From positions 1 through 30,629 of IMG/VR virus record IMGVR_UViG_3300020388_000045: a stretch of DNA of 30,629 nt; one strand, 5' to 3'. How positions within the stretch are numbered: position 1 is the first letter of the stretch; each line of letters opens with the position of its first letter. A program made the position numbers and the translations under genes. Origin of the DNA: a virus (lineage: Duplodnaviria > Caudoviricetes). The notes under the pieces are model-generated. The model searched no databases. It was not told the DNA's origin and saw only the letters and a program-made list of their open reading frames with translations. This document shows, one piece after another, positions 18,601-26,389 of the stretch.

Positions 18601-21600
18601 CTCATCAGAGGTTCCAGAAGTTGCTGGATCTAGAATATCAGACTTCATTGATCTGAGACCAAGAGTCAATACATATACCCTTAATTCAACTGATTCTCCA
18701 TTCGCATTTGAATCAAGATCATTCTCTAATTCAAACTCTGAAAGTGCAGTAACCGATAGAACTCTTGTTGTTGATTATTCTCACTATCTTGGAAGAATTG
18801 ATAGACTATACTTGACTAAGGATGGAGAATTCTTAATTAAGCAAGGAGAACCTGCAGAGTTTCCAAAACTACCAGTTGGTAATAGTGAAGGATTTGAGGT
18901 CGCTGTTATCACTATGGACCCATTTGTGTTCAATGCGACTTATGATACCACTCTGAAACTCATTCCTCATAAGAGATTCACCATGAAGGACATTGGTGGT
19001 ATTGAGAATAGAGTTAAGAATCTTGAAAATTATACTACACTCTCCCTGCTTGAAACTGATACTAAGAACCTTTCGATTAAGGATCCCAATACTGGACTGG
19101 ACAAGTTTAAGTCTGGTTTCTTTGTAGATAACTTTAGAAATCACAGAGGTGCGAATCTGCAGGGTGAAGCAAGATTTGATATTGACATCAAACGTGCTGA
19201 GTTACGTCCACGTTCTGCTGAAAGAAACGTTACTCTACAGTTTGAAACCGTATCAACTGAAGCAAACTTTACAGATGCCGATTACGCTTGGGCAGATGAC
19301 TTCTCTGATGTTAATGTAACCAGAAAGGGTCCAGGTCTGACTCTCAACTTTGAAGAAGTAGAATTCATTGATCAACCACTTGCAACTAGAACAGAAAACC
19401 TGAATCCATATCACATTGCACTGTATGCTGGTTCGATCGATCTGTCTCCTGCTACAGACTACTGGATTGAAGAGATTGTTCTTGCTACTCCTGATATTGT
19501 CCAGGTTGATTCCGTATTCAACGGTATGGCAGAATTGCTTGCTACTGAAGACCGCGAGAATGGTGGAATGGCAGCAAGTTGGTGGAACTCTTCTGAATTC
19601 ACCTGGAATGGCGATGATAGAGTATTTGATACTGAACTAGTCAATAGCACTGTAATCGGTTCTTCAAGTGGTAGCAGCAGTAGCACCAGTACTAGTAGTT
19701 CCCTCTCTGCATTTGAACCAGGTAGGGGTCGTCGTAGAACTACAACCACCACGACCCGCGAACGTAGTTGGTGGAGTACCACCTTCAGAGATGATTTTGT
19801 TGATACTGCGTTTGAAACTGGCGAAGAAAGTATATTTGGTCTTGAACTTTCTTCTGGATTGGAAGAGATCAGTCTTGGAGACAGAGTTATTGGAATAGAA
19901 ACTCTCCATAACTGTCGTTCTAGAAATATTCATGTAACTGCTAAGAAACTAAAACCAAATACAAAGTATTATGTCTTCATGGAAAGTGTTGACATGAATG
20001 AATTCGCATTCCCCAAGAATCTGCCAGTCACCATGGTCAGGGGTTCATTCAAAACTGGTGATATTGTCTCCAGTGTCAATTTAGCACAAGTTGGAGCACC
20101 ACAGATTACTTTCCGTGCAGCACAGCATAACCACGAGATTGGTCCATTCAATAACCCACAAGTTACTGTTCCTTCACGTAGTGCTTCCTATTCTGGAACT
20201 TCAGAAATCATTAATATTGACCTTGCAGATCTTTCTAACCAAACGAGACCAGAACATCTTGGATTCGTTAAAAAGGGTATGTTCCTCGTCAATAGCGATG
20301 GAACTGCGGAAGCACAGGTAGGCGAGACACAGTTAGTCACCGATGATAAAGGTGAGTTACAATTCTCTCTCCACATTCCTGATCCAGTCGTTGCTGCTAA
20401 TCCTAAGTTCACCACTGGATCAAGCACAATCAGAATAACTTCATCTCCTGTCAATTCACCTGTACTAGATCCAGGCGGTAGTTCTGCTGAAACTGAGTAT
20501 CTGTCTTCTGGATATGCCACAAGTTATGAAGAGCAAGTTCTTGCTATTAAGACACCAGAAGTTGATAGAAGACTGGTTGAAACTATCGATGCTGTAAGAC
20601 TCACGCAGAATGAAAGATCTGCAAACAGAACCGAAAGTGGTTCTTCTTCTAGTTCTAGTTCCAGCAGTGTTACTGGCGAATACTTTGACCCACTTGCACA
20701 ATCCTTCCTGATTACTGCTGAGAATGATAATGGAACAGAATCCGATGGTATTTACATAACTGGTGGTGAAGTATACTTCAAGACTAAGGATCCCACAATT
20801 CCAGTTACGGTTCAAATCAGAACTATGAGAGATGGCACACCAACAACTCAGGTTGTACCATTCGGTCAGGTCAATATTGCATCAAATGATGTTAACTTGT
20901 CTGATGATGGTAGTGCAGCAACTACGTTCGCGTTCCCAACTCCTGTTTATCTGCAAAATGGATATGAGTATGCTTTGGTTCTTATTGCACCTACAGAGAA
21001 GTATCTGGCATTCATCACTAGAATGGGTGAAGAAGATCTTCAACTCAAGGCAGTCTATAACAAGCAACCATACCTTGGTTCACTGTTCAAGTCACAGAAC
21101 CAGTCAACCTGGACTCCAAGTCAGTTGGAAGACCTTAAGTTCAAACTGAATAAGGCAAAGTTTGTAACCAATACTCCTGTTTCAGTTTCGTTCTATAACA
21201 GTGAACTGCCTAGAGTTGGTATTAGAAAGGTCAATCCAATCCAATCTTTCTCTAAGAGACAGTTTATTGGTATTAATACATCAACCGTAAATTATGGACC
21301 TGGTAACTCACTTGTTCAGGGAACAACTACTGGTAATGTATTTGCTACTGGTAGTCGTTGTGGTCTGGTTGGTATGACTACTGCGCTGGTTCAACCAACT
21401 GCTGGTGTTGGTTTAACTGACAATGTTTATTCTGGTATTGGATTTACATCTCTCACTGGTTTCGGCGTATCCTGTACTGCAAATGTTACTGTTTCCGGTG
21501 GAGCAGTTACCCAAATTCAAATTGCAAATGGTGGTGTTGGATATCAAGTCGGAGATCTTCTGTTGATGAATCAACTTGGTTCAACTGGAAGTGGAGTAAG

Positions 21601-22996
21601 ATGTACCGTTGGTGTTGCGACTGTAACTAATTTGATTGTTGTTGATGATGTTAAGGGTTCATTTGCTTCTGGTTCTGCATACAACTTTATCAATGATAAT
21701 GGCACTAGCACAGCACAACCAGCAATTCAGTTCGTTAATGATGATCCAATCAGAGACGGTAAGACAATGTTCTTCAGTCACTTCAATCATGGCATGCATT
21801 CAAGTCAGAACAAACTTAGAGTGTATAACGTAGCAAGTGATGTCGCTCCAACAACTCTCACCGCTGCCTTTAATGAAGGTGATACAGTTATCAAGGTCAC
21901 AGATGGAACTGCATTTGCTAACTTTGAAGGAGCAGCAGTTGGTAGTGGAAACACTGGTTATTTACAGATCGATCAAGAAATCATCGGTTACCAGGTAATT
22001 TCCGGTAATGACATTACTGTTTCGGAAAGAGTTGTAGATAGCAGTCTCAAATCTAACCATGCACAAAACGCAACTGTGTTTAAGTATGAGACAAATGGCG
22101 TAAACCTGCTGAAAATCAACACACTCCACAATATTGACCCAAGAGAAAAGACATTCAATAGTTATCATGTAAGTCTTGATAACACTGCTAAGTCATTCGA
22201 TGCAACTAAAGCAATCGGTGGCAATAATGTTCAGATAACTCAGAACATTCCCTTTGAATATATTAGACCAAATATCAATCTTGTCAGTCCTTCAGGAACA
22301 GCTATTTCTGCAAGAATTAGAACAACTACAGGAACAAGTATCAGCAGCAATGAGGCATCATTCAGCAATACTGGTTATGAAGGTGTTACTCTGAATCAGT
22401 TGAATCGTCTTGATAGTCCAAGACTGGTTGCATCTCAAGTGAATGAAACTGCACTCCTTAATGGTGAAAAATCATTTGAACTTGAAATGCTGCTGTCAAC
22501 CACTGACGAGAATGTATCTCCTATGATTGACCTTGATACAACTAATATCGTTGCAATCAGCAATCTTATCAATGATCCAGTCACTGATTTCACTACTGAC
22601 AGTAGAGTTAATATTCCTGGATTTGACCCCAACGCTGCAATCTATGAAACTAAGAGAATTAATCTTGAGTTTACTTCTAACTCTATATTCGTTCAATTTG
22701 ACGGACACAGAAAAGGAGATTCAAACATCAGAGTCTTCTATAGACTGTTTAGAAATGATGAAAATGAGACTGGTCAAACCTACATCCCATTCAATGAGAA
22801 TGGTTTATCAGACAATACTGTAAATCCAAATAAGAACGAAAATGGATTCAGCGAGTATAAGTATACTGCAGAAGACACTCCACAGTTTAATGGATTCCAG
22901 ATCAAGATTGTTATGACATCTCCTGATCAATCAGAGGCTCCAAGAATTAAGAACTTGAGAGCAATTGCCCTAAGAACATTTGATTCCCCAGTATGA
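15629..22996 (+). CDS. Large virion structural protein, DUF4815 / VrlC-like (2455 aa)
   Basis: N-terminal NLNVSPYFDDFD..KNY.KVLFKPG.PIQSRELT.LQSILQ.Q, plus APGADRL, LARRTFDESGDY, GKAYVKGYEV, FKSGFFVDNF, DPLAQSF, GSLFKSQN..TWTP.Q.EDLKF, and terminal PRIKNLRAIAL. Confidence 0.88.
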   Translation: MTQNTNLNVSPYFDDFDEDKNYNKVLFKPGFPIQSRELTTLQSILQGQIEKFGQHFFKEGSMIVPGGIFYDSVYPAVKIDPTFLEVPVSAYTAYLKDNNIEIQGETSGVKATVVNCLSSTESIDNVDTLYVKYTSSGINGASTKFTDGETLITLEDINYSSTTITANNPFARAIVSEATKIGSSASINEGVFFVRGYFVKVSPATVILDQYTNRPNYKVGLQISEDIITASSVNPDLFDNAKGFSNESAPGADRLRLSATLVKKTLKDNNDANFVELLRVEDGVVQRLVNRTDYNIFKDELARRTFDESGDYYVKKFAIDIRETLNDRLGNKGIYAPGQLTQRGNTPSDDLLTLQISSGKAYVKGYEVEKVSSTSLDSSKPRTTKKKENISVPVKIGNNVQVENLRGSPVIGFGNNSVVDLRDRRLAQDGTVDGASAVVGNARVYDFNKKNIAGIGTERFDLRLYDIQTFTTITLGLAVTAGNAAHVKGVFSGATGHLKDAVTNATVLNLLDVTGQFQINEPIEINGLAVGRNITAVRDNDIRDVKSISATGFACNVAMQQNTNLIEPGSAFQIGIDAGSGSAVTSPSVGDFRNVPVRVNDIVSFTIPGQTLPTFNRVSAVTASSLTLVGVSTVVGVNTGGTVKAANGGALDNVQNLNVTQGFIEKGNAPGKIIKLPNTSIASINLLDSSYIVRKQRTLNVTATTLTFNINDLGDDTLFLEPYNQENYSLTFANGHKEIILPSQVTISSTLKEIQITGLSQTGNNAVLTITCRRSTLTSKSKSITRCADLIVSRSKIQGAGAGATTFGDGLTFSEAFPYGTRVQDESISLNVPDVTRILAIFESNDDQDPTLPQLIGSAQSDTFSNNVTIGEQIVGAESGAVARVVSVDSGNRLSFVYENDRTFELLETISLQSSSITANINTLVVGDRNVSYDYSLDAGQRQEFCDISRINRNSDAAEPTRKLRIVFDHLTTDEGTGTVESVNSYNSLNFSSEVPEVAGSRISDFIDLRPRVNTYTLNSTDSPFAFESRSFSNSNSESAVTDRTLVVDYSHYLGRIDRLYLTKDGEFLIKQGEPAEFPKLPVGNSEGFEVAVITMDPFVFNATYDTTLKLIPHKRFTMKDIGGIENRVKNLENYTTLSLLETDTKNLSIKDPNTGLDKFKSGFFVDNFRNHRGANLQGEARFDIDIKRAELRPRSAERNVTLQFETVSTEANFTDADYAWADDFSDVNVTRKGPGLTLNFEEVEFIDQPLATRTENLNPYHIALYAGSIDLSPATDYWIEEIVLATPDIVQVDSVFNGMAELLATEDRENGGMAASWWNSSEFTWNGDDRVFDTELVNSTVIGSSSGSSSSTSTSSSLSAFEPGRGRRRTTTTTTRERSWWSTTFRDDFVDTAFETGEESIFGLELSSGLEEISLGDRVIGIETLHNCRSRNIHVTAKKLKPNTKYYVFMESVDMNEFAFPKNLPVTMVRGSFKTGDIVSSVNLAQVGAPQITFRAAQHNHEIGPFNNPQVTVPSRSASYSGTSEIINIDLADLSNQTRPEHLGFVKKGMFLVNSDGTAEAQVGETQLVTDDKGELQFSLHIPDPVVAANPKFTTGSSTIRITSSPVNSPVLDPGGSSAETEYLSSGYATSYEEQVLAIKTPEVDRRLVETIDAVRLTQNERSANRTESGSSSSSSSSSVTGEYFDPLAQSFLITAENDNGTESDGIYITGGEVYFKTKDPTIPVTVQIRTMRDGTPTTQVVPFGQVNIASNDVNLSDDGSAATTFAFPTPVYLQNGYEYALVLIAPTEKYLAFITRMGEEDLQLKAVYNKQPYLGSLFKSQNQSTWTPSQLEDLKFKLNKAKFVTNTPVSVSFYNSELPRVGIRKVNPIQSFSKRQFIGINTSTVNYGPGNSLVQGTTTGNVFATGSRCGLVGMTTALVQPTAGVGLTDNVYSGIGFTSLTGFGVSCTANVTVSGGAVTQIQIANGGVGYQVGDLLLMNQLGSTGSGVRCTVGVATVTNLIVVDDVKGSFASGSAYNFINDNGTSTAQPAIQFVNDDPIRDGKTMFFSHFNHGMHSSQNKLRVYNVASDVAPTTLTAAFNEGDTVIKVTDGTAFANFEGAAVGSGNTGYLQIDQEIIGYQVISGNDITVSERVVDSSLKSNHAQNATVFKYETNGVNLLKINTLHNIDPREKTFNSYHVSLDNTAKSFDATKAIGGNNVQITQNIPFEYIRPNINLVSPSGTAISARIRTTTGTSISSNEASFSNTGYEGVTLNQLNRLDSPRLVASQVNETALLNGEKSFELEMLLSTTDENVSPMIDLDTTNIVAISNLINDPVTDFTTDSRVNIPGFDPNAAIYETKRINLEFTSNSIFVQFDGHRKGDSNIRVFYRLFRNDENETGQTYIPFNENGLSDNTVNPNKNENGFSEYKYTAEDTPQFNGFQIKIVMTSPDQSEAPRIKNLRAIALRTFDSPV

Positions 22997-23223
22997 CCGA
23001 GCGTTTAAAAGTTGATACCGACACATCCCTTTATAGGGATATGTCGAATGGTGCTATCGTCAATTCCAATAAAAATGAATATCAAAAATTCATGGAACTT
23101 TCTAAGAGGAAACTCCAAGAAAAGCAAGAAATGGATAAACTGAAAGATGAAGTTAAGGATATGAAGTCCGATATTCAGGAAATAAAGTCTTTACTGTTAT
23201 CCATAGCGAAAAATGATTTATAA
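22993..23223 (+). CDS. Small hypothetical protein with C-terminal coiled coil (76 aa)
   Basis: Start overlaps the upstream stop (ATGA). Has an LYRD...GAIVN motif followed by heptads (MDKLKDEVKDMKSDIQEIKSLL). Confidence 0.8.
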   Translation: MTERLKVDTDTSLYRDMSNGAIVNSNKNEYQKFMELSKRKLQEKQEMDKLKDEVKDMKSDIQEIKSLLLSIAKNDL

Positions 23224-23226
23224 ATA
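23219..23226 (+). promoter_or_regulatory. T4 late promoter TATAAATA
   Basis: Exact consensus overlapping the stop of ORF 22993-23223, about 30 nt before ATG 23256. Confidence 0.88.
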
Positions 23227-23255
23227 CCAGTAGATAGATCTAACTGACTGTAATA

Positions 23256-23597
23256 ATGGCAGCATATGTAAGCAACATTGTAGTTGACGTTGGTGCAAAT
23301 TTCGACCAATCGTTCAACCTTGAAAACAACGCAAATGCTCCACTTGATTTAACAGGATTTACTGGTGCAGCAAGATTGAAAAAATCAGCAGCGTCACTGA
23401 CAACTGCTGCCAACTTTGTTGTATCTTTTCCAAATGCAACAGAAGGACAACTAAAAATTTCTTTAGGGTCCTCAATCACCTCTGGACTGAAACCTGGTAG
23501 ATACGTATATGATGTTCTATTAACTGACGCTTCTTCACTCAAAACCAGAGTTGTAGAAGGTAGTGCTATCGTTACCGCTGGAGTTACCACAGGTTAA
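23256..23597 (+). CDS. Small beta-sandwich virion protein (BppU-N-like adaptor; 113 aa)
   Basis: Motifs GANFDQSF.L, PLDLTGFT....LKKS, G.LKISL....TS.LKPGRYVYDVLL, and RVVEG...V.AGVT are typical of small structural adaptor proteins of T4-like marine phages. Confidence 0.7.
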   Translation: MAAYVSNIVVDVGANFDQSFNLENNANAPLDLTGFTGAARLKKSAASLTTAANFVVSFPNATEGQLKISLGSSITSGLKPGRYVYDVLLTDASSLKTRVVEGSAIVTAGVTTG

Positions 23598-23602
23598 AAC
23601 AT

Positions 23603-23827
23603 ATGGCAGATATTAAAGTCAGAGTTGGATCACAAAATGCTATTAAGGTTTTATCCTCCTTTGCTGGAGGTGGCGGAACTTTAGGTGGACTATCTGATGT
23701 TGACATCTCGGGAGTTCAGAACGGTGCAGTTCTGGTCTATAACGGGACAACTAACAAATTTGAAGCAACTTTAGAATTAACGCCTGGATCAACCCAAAAT
23801 TTGGATATCAATGGAGGAAATTTCTAA
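23603..23827 (+). CDS. Small fibre-associated structural protein (74 aa)
   Basis: Contains one tail-fibre-type repeat, LGGLSDVDISGVQNGAVLVYNGTTNKFEA, and ends INGGNF. Confidence 0.7.
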   Translation: MADIKVRVGSQNAIKVLSSFAGGGGTLGGLSDVDISGVQNGAVLVYNGTTNKFEATLELTPGSTQNLDINGGNF

Positions 23828-23830
23828 GCC

Positions 23831-25393
23831 ATGGCAAGTATAATTAGAGTAAAAAGATCTACGGGCACTGGCGCTCCATCAAGTCTTAACTTTGGTGAAT
23901 TAGGTCTTACAGTTGGAGCAGGAACCCACGGCAATAAAGGTGGGAGACTATTCGCTGGTGATAACTCACAAAACGCTCAAGTAGTTGGTGGTAGATATTA
24001 CACCGACTTGTTAAGTATTGCTCCTGGTCTGGTAGCAGGTCAAGCAAACCCCACAACTGCAGCAAATGGATTTGTTGCTATTGTTGACCAGAACAGAAAG
24101 GTCGATCAGTGGAACGTAGATAATTTAAGATTAGATACAAACACATTATCTTCTACAGATACTGATGGAGACATCATTCTTGATCCTAATGGATCTGGAG
24201 AGGTTGTCATTCCTGATGATACCAAACTTACTTTTGGTACAAGTAAGGATGTCAGTATTGAATATGATGAAGATGGATCTAATCAAATTGTAGTCACTGG
24301 TCACGGATGGCAGTGGAACTCCCCCCAGATATTTGGTAGTGTTGGTATTTCATCTAACACTATTTCTACCAAGTCGGGTAGTGGTAATGAACTATTCATT
24401 GACCCATATCCTGATGGTCTGAGCAATGAAGGTAAGGTTATCATCAAGGGTGACCTACAAGTTGATGGTACGACAACTACTGTTAACTCAAATCAAGTTA
24501 CAGTTAATGATGCTATTTTTGGTATTGGCGATGTAACCAGTATTAAGACAGTCATGGGGACTGTTGCATCTGGTGTATCTACTGTTCTGCTTGATTCAGT
24601 TGCTGGTATTAATACTGGTGACCAACTGGCAGTATCAGGTATTGATGCTTCTGGTATTGCTACAGTTACAGCATACAATACCTCAACTAAAGTTGTAACA
24701 TTCACAGGTACAGCAGTTGGTGTCACTACTACATCGCAAATAACTGTTACTCATGGATTTGATACCAATACAGACCGTGGTATTTCATTCAGTTATAATG
24801 TAAGTAGCGGAGTTGGTAATAATAAGGTTGGTTTCTTTGGATTTGATGATAACGCTCTCTCAAATAATGTATCATCTAAAGATAACCATGGAACTCATGG
24901 TGATGCAAGCAGAAAGTGGACTTATATTCCTGATGCTGCTATTAATAACAATATTGTATCTGGAACCAAAGGTTTCTTAGATGTTAAAGGTATCTACTAT
25001 CAGTCTGGTAACTTTAATACTGGTGGTTCTGTCTACTTCGACAGTGATGGTCTGCAAAGATCAACCAATGCCCCAACAGATGCTGTAAATTCAAGAACTT
25101 CTACGCAAGTTCTGACTGCTCTAACTGAAATTACAATCGCCTTGCCTTCTGGACAGTCGATTGCTCAAGATGCTCTGGTTACTCAGCAGAACAACAGCAC
25201 AGCATTTGGTGTCTGTAAAGCAACGATTAGTAGTGGAACCACTCTTACTCTGATCGGTGTTCAAGGAACATTCGATACGTCAAATGATCTGGTTGTAAAT
25301 GGTGCTAGTATTTCAGTCTCACCAAATACGGTAACTGTAGTATATGAAAACAAACCAACTTGGACAAACACTCTCGATGGAGGAACCTTCTAG
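23831..25393 (+). CDS. Fibre / whisker-like virion protein (520 aa) with an Mtd_N-like N-terminal domain
   Basis: N-terminal IIRVKRSTGTGAPSSLNFGELG, beta-rich fibre segments (V.IKGDLQVDGTTTTVNS, DRGISF.Y...GFFGFD), and C-terminal P.WTNTLDGGTF. Lies just upstream of the neck genes. Confidence 0.72.
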   Translation: MASIIRVKRSTGTGAPSSLNFGELGLTVGAGTHGNKGGRLFAGDNSQNAQVVGGRYYTDLLSIAPGLVAGQANPTTAANGFVAIVDQNRKVDQWNVDNLRLDTNTLSSTDTDGDIILDPNGSGEVVIPDDTKLTFGTSKDVSIEYDEDGSNQIVVTGHGWQWNSPQIFGSVGISSNTISTKSGSGNELFIDPYPDGLSNEGKVIIKGDLQVDGTTTTVNSNQVTVNDAIFGIGDVTSIKTVMGTVASGVSTVLLDSVAGINTGDQLAVSGIDASGIATVTAYNTSTKVVTFTGTAVGVTTTSQITVTHGFDTNTDRGISFSYNVSSGVGNNKVGFFGFDDNALSNNVSSKDNHGTHGDASRKWTYIPDAAINNNIVSGTKGFLDVKGIYYQSGNFNTGGSVYFDSDGLQRSTNAPTDAVNSRTSTQVLTALTEITIALPSGQSIAQDALVTQQNNSTAFGVCKATISSGTTLTLIGVQGTFDTSNDLVVNGASISVSPNTVTVVYENKPTWTNTLDGGTF

Positions 25394-25397
25394 AATT

Positions 25398-25565
25398 ATG
25401 AATAGTGACGTTGACGTGAATATCTTGATTAAGAATTATCATTCTAAAATATCTCAATTAGTTAATCAGAATATTCTTTTAGAGGCAAAACTGGAATCTT
25501 TGACCAAAGATTACAATGAATTGCAAAACAAAGTTAAATATCAGGAAGCAGGTATCGAAGAATGA
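25398..25565 (+). CDS. Small coiled-coil protein (55 aa)
   Basis: The track ORF runs 25344-25565. ATG 25398, 4 nt after the fibre gene stop, is the likely start (MNSDVDVNILIKNYHSKISQLVNQNILLEAKL...). Its stop overlaps the gp13 ATG. Confidence 0.75.
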   Translation: MNSDVDVNILIKNYHSKISQLVNQNILLEAKLESLTKDYNELQNKVKYQEAGIEE

Positions 25566-26383
25566 GCAAACCATCGACCAGACAAGAATTGATCGATTAT
25601 TGTCTTAGGAGACTTGGATTTCCTGTTCTGGAAATTAACGTAGATGATGATCAGATTGAAGACCTGGTTGATGATGCAATTCAACATTGGCAGGATTACC
25701 ACTTTGATGGTTATCAAAGAATGTTCTTGAAGCATAAGGTCAGTGGAGCAGATAAAGCGGTAATAAGGTCTGGTGTTACAACAACCACAGTAACTAATTC
25801 TTCTGGTATTGGTGTTACAATAGTAGGTTGGGAAGAAAACCAGAACTTTATTCAACTCCCAGAGCATGTTATTGGGATCAATAAAGTATTCAAGATGGAC
25901 AACAGCACCATATCTAGTGGTCTGTTTAATATTAAATATCAAATGTTCCTGAATGATGTGTACTACTATGGAGCACTTGATCTCTTAAATTACTCAATGA
26001 CCAAGACGTATCTTGAGGATTTAAGTAGGATTATCACTCCAGATACACAACTGAGATTCAATAGAAAAAATGGTAGATTGTATGTAGACATAGATTGGCG
26101 TGAATTCAACGAAGATAACTACCTCGTATTAGACTGCTATAGATTGGTTGACCCTGCAGATTCTACGTTAGTTTATAACGACTGGTGGTTAAAGAAATAT
26201 ACTACTTCACTGATTAAGAGGCAGTGGGGTCAGAACTTGATTAAGTTCCAAGGAGTGGCACTTCCTGGTGGAGTTCAACTGAATGGAAGGCAACTTTATG
26301 ATGATGCCATGGCAGAGTTAGAAGTTCTAGAGAAAGAACTTAGAGAGACTTATGAAGAACCACCTTTCGATTTGATAGGTTGA
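25562..26383 (+). CDS. gp13: Neck protein gp13
   Basis: Motifs P.TRQELIDYCLRRLG.PVLEINV.DDQI.D, YHFDG, VYND.WLKKY...LIKRQWGQNLIKF.GV.LPGGV.LNG. Confidence 0.95.
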   Translation: MSKPSTRQELIDYCLRRLGFPVLEINVDDDQIEDLVDDAIQHWQDYHFDGYQRMFLKHKVSGADKAVIRSGVTTTTVTNSSGIGVTIVGWEENQNFIQLPEHVIGINKVFKMDNSTISSGLFNIKYQMFLNDVYYYGALDLLNYSMTKTYLEDLSRIITPDTQLRFNRKNGRLYVDIDWREFNEDNYLVLDCYRLVDPADSTLVYNDWWLKKYTTSLIKRQWGQNLIKFQGVALPGGVQLNGRQLYDDAMAELEVLEKELRETYEEPPFDLIG

Positions 26384-26389
26384 TGCGTT

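Noticed and set aside
19907-19915. His-Asn-Cys tripeptide in the VrlC-like protein resembling an intein C-terminal splice junction
   Set aside because: No intein block A, B or F or LAGLIDADG motifs were seen upstream. The context (SLGDRV......RSRNI) looks like ordinary DUF4815-protein sequence.
23228-23246. Weak hairpin CAGTAGA-TAGA-TCTAACTG after the late promoter
   Set aside because: Short bulged stem with no U-tract. Not a credible terminator.
23831-25393. Diversity-generating retroelement suggested by the Mtd_N-like fibre N-terminus
   Set aside because: No reverse transcriptase, no template/variable repeat pair differing at adenines, and no C-type lectin variable domain were seen in the window.
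25344-25397. Track's longer start for the small coiled-coil ORF
   Set aside because: It would overlap the fibre gene's conserved-looking C-terminus by 50 nt. ATG 25398 just after the stop is more parsimonious.
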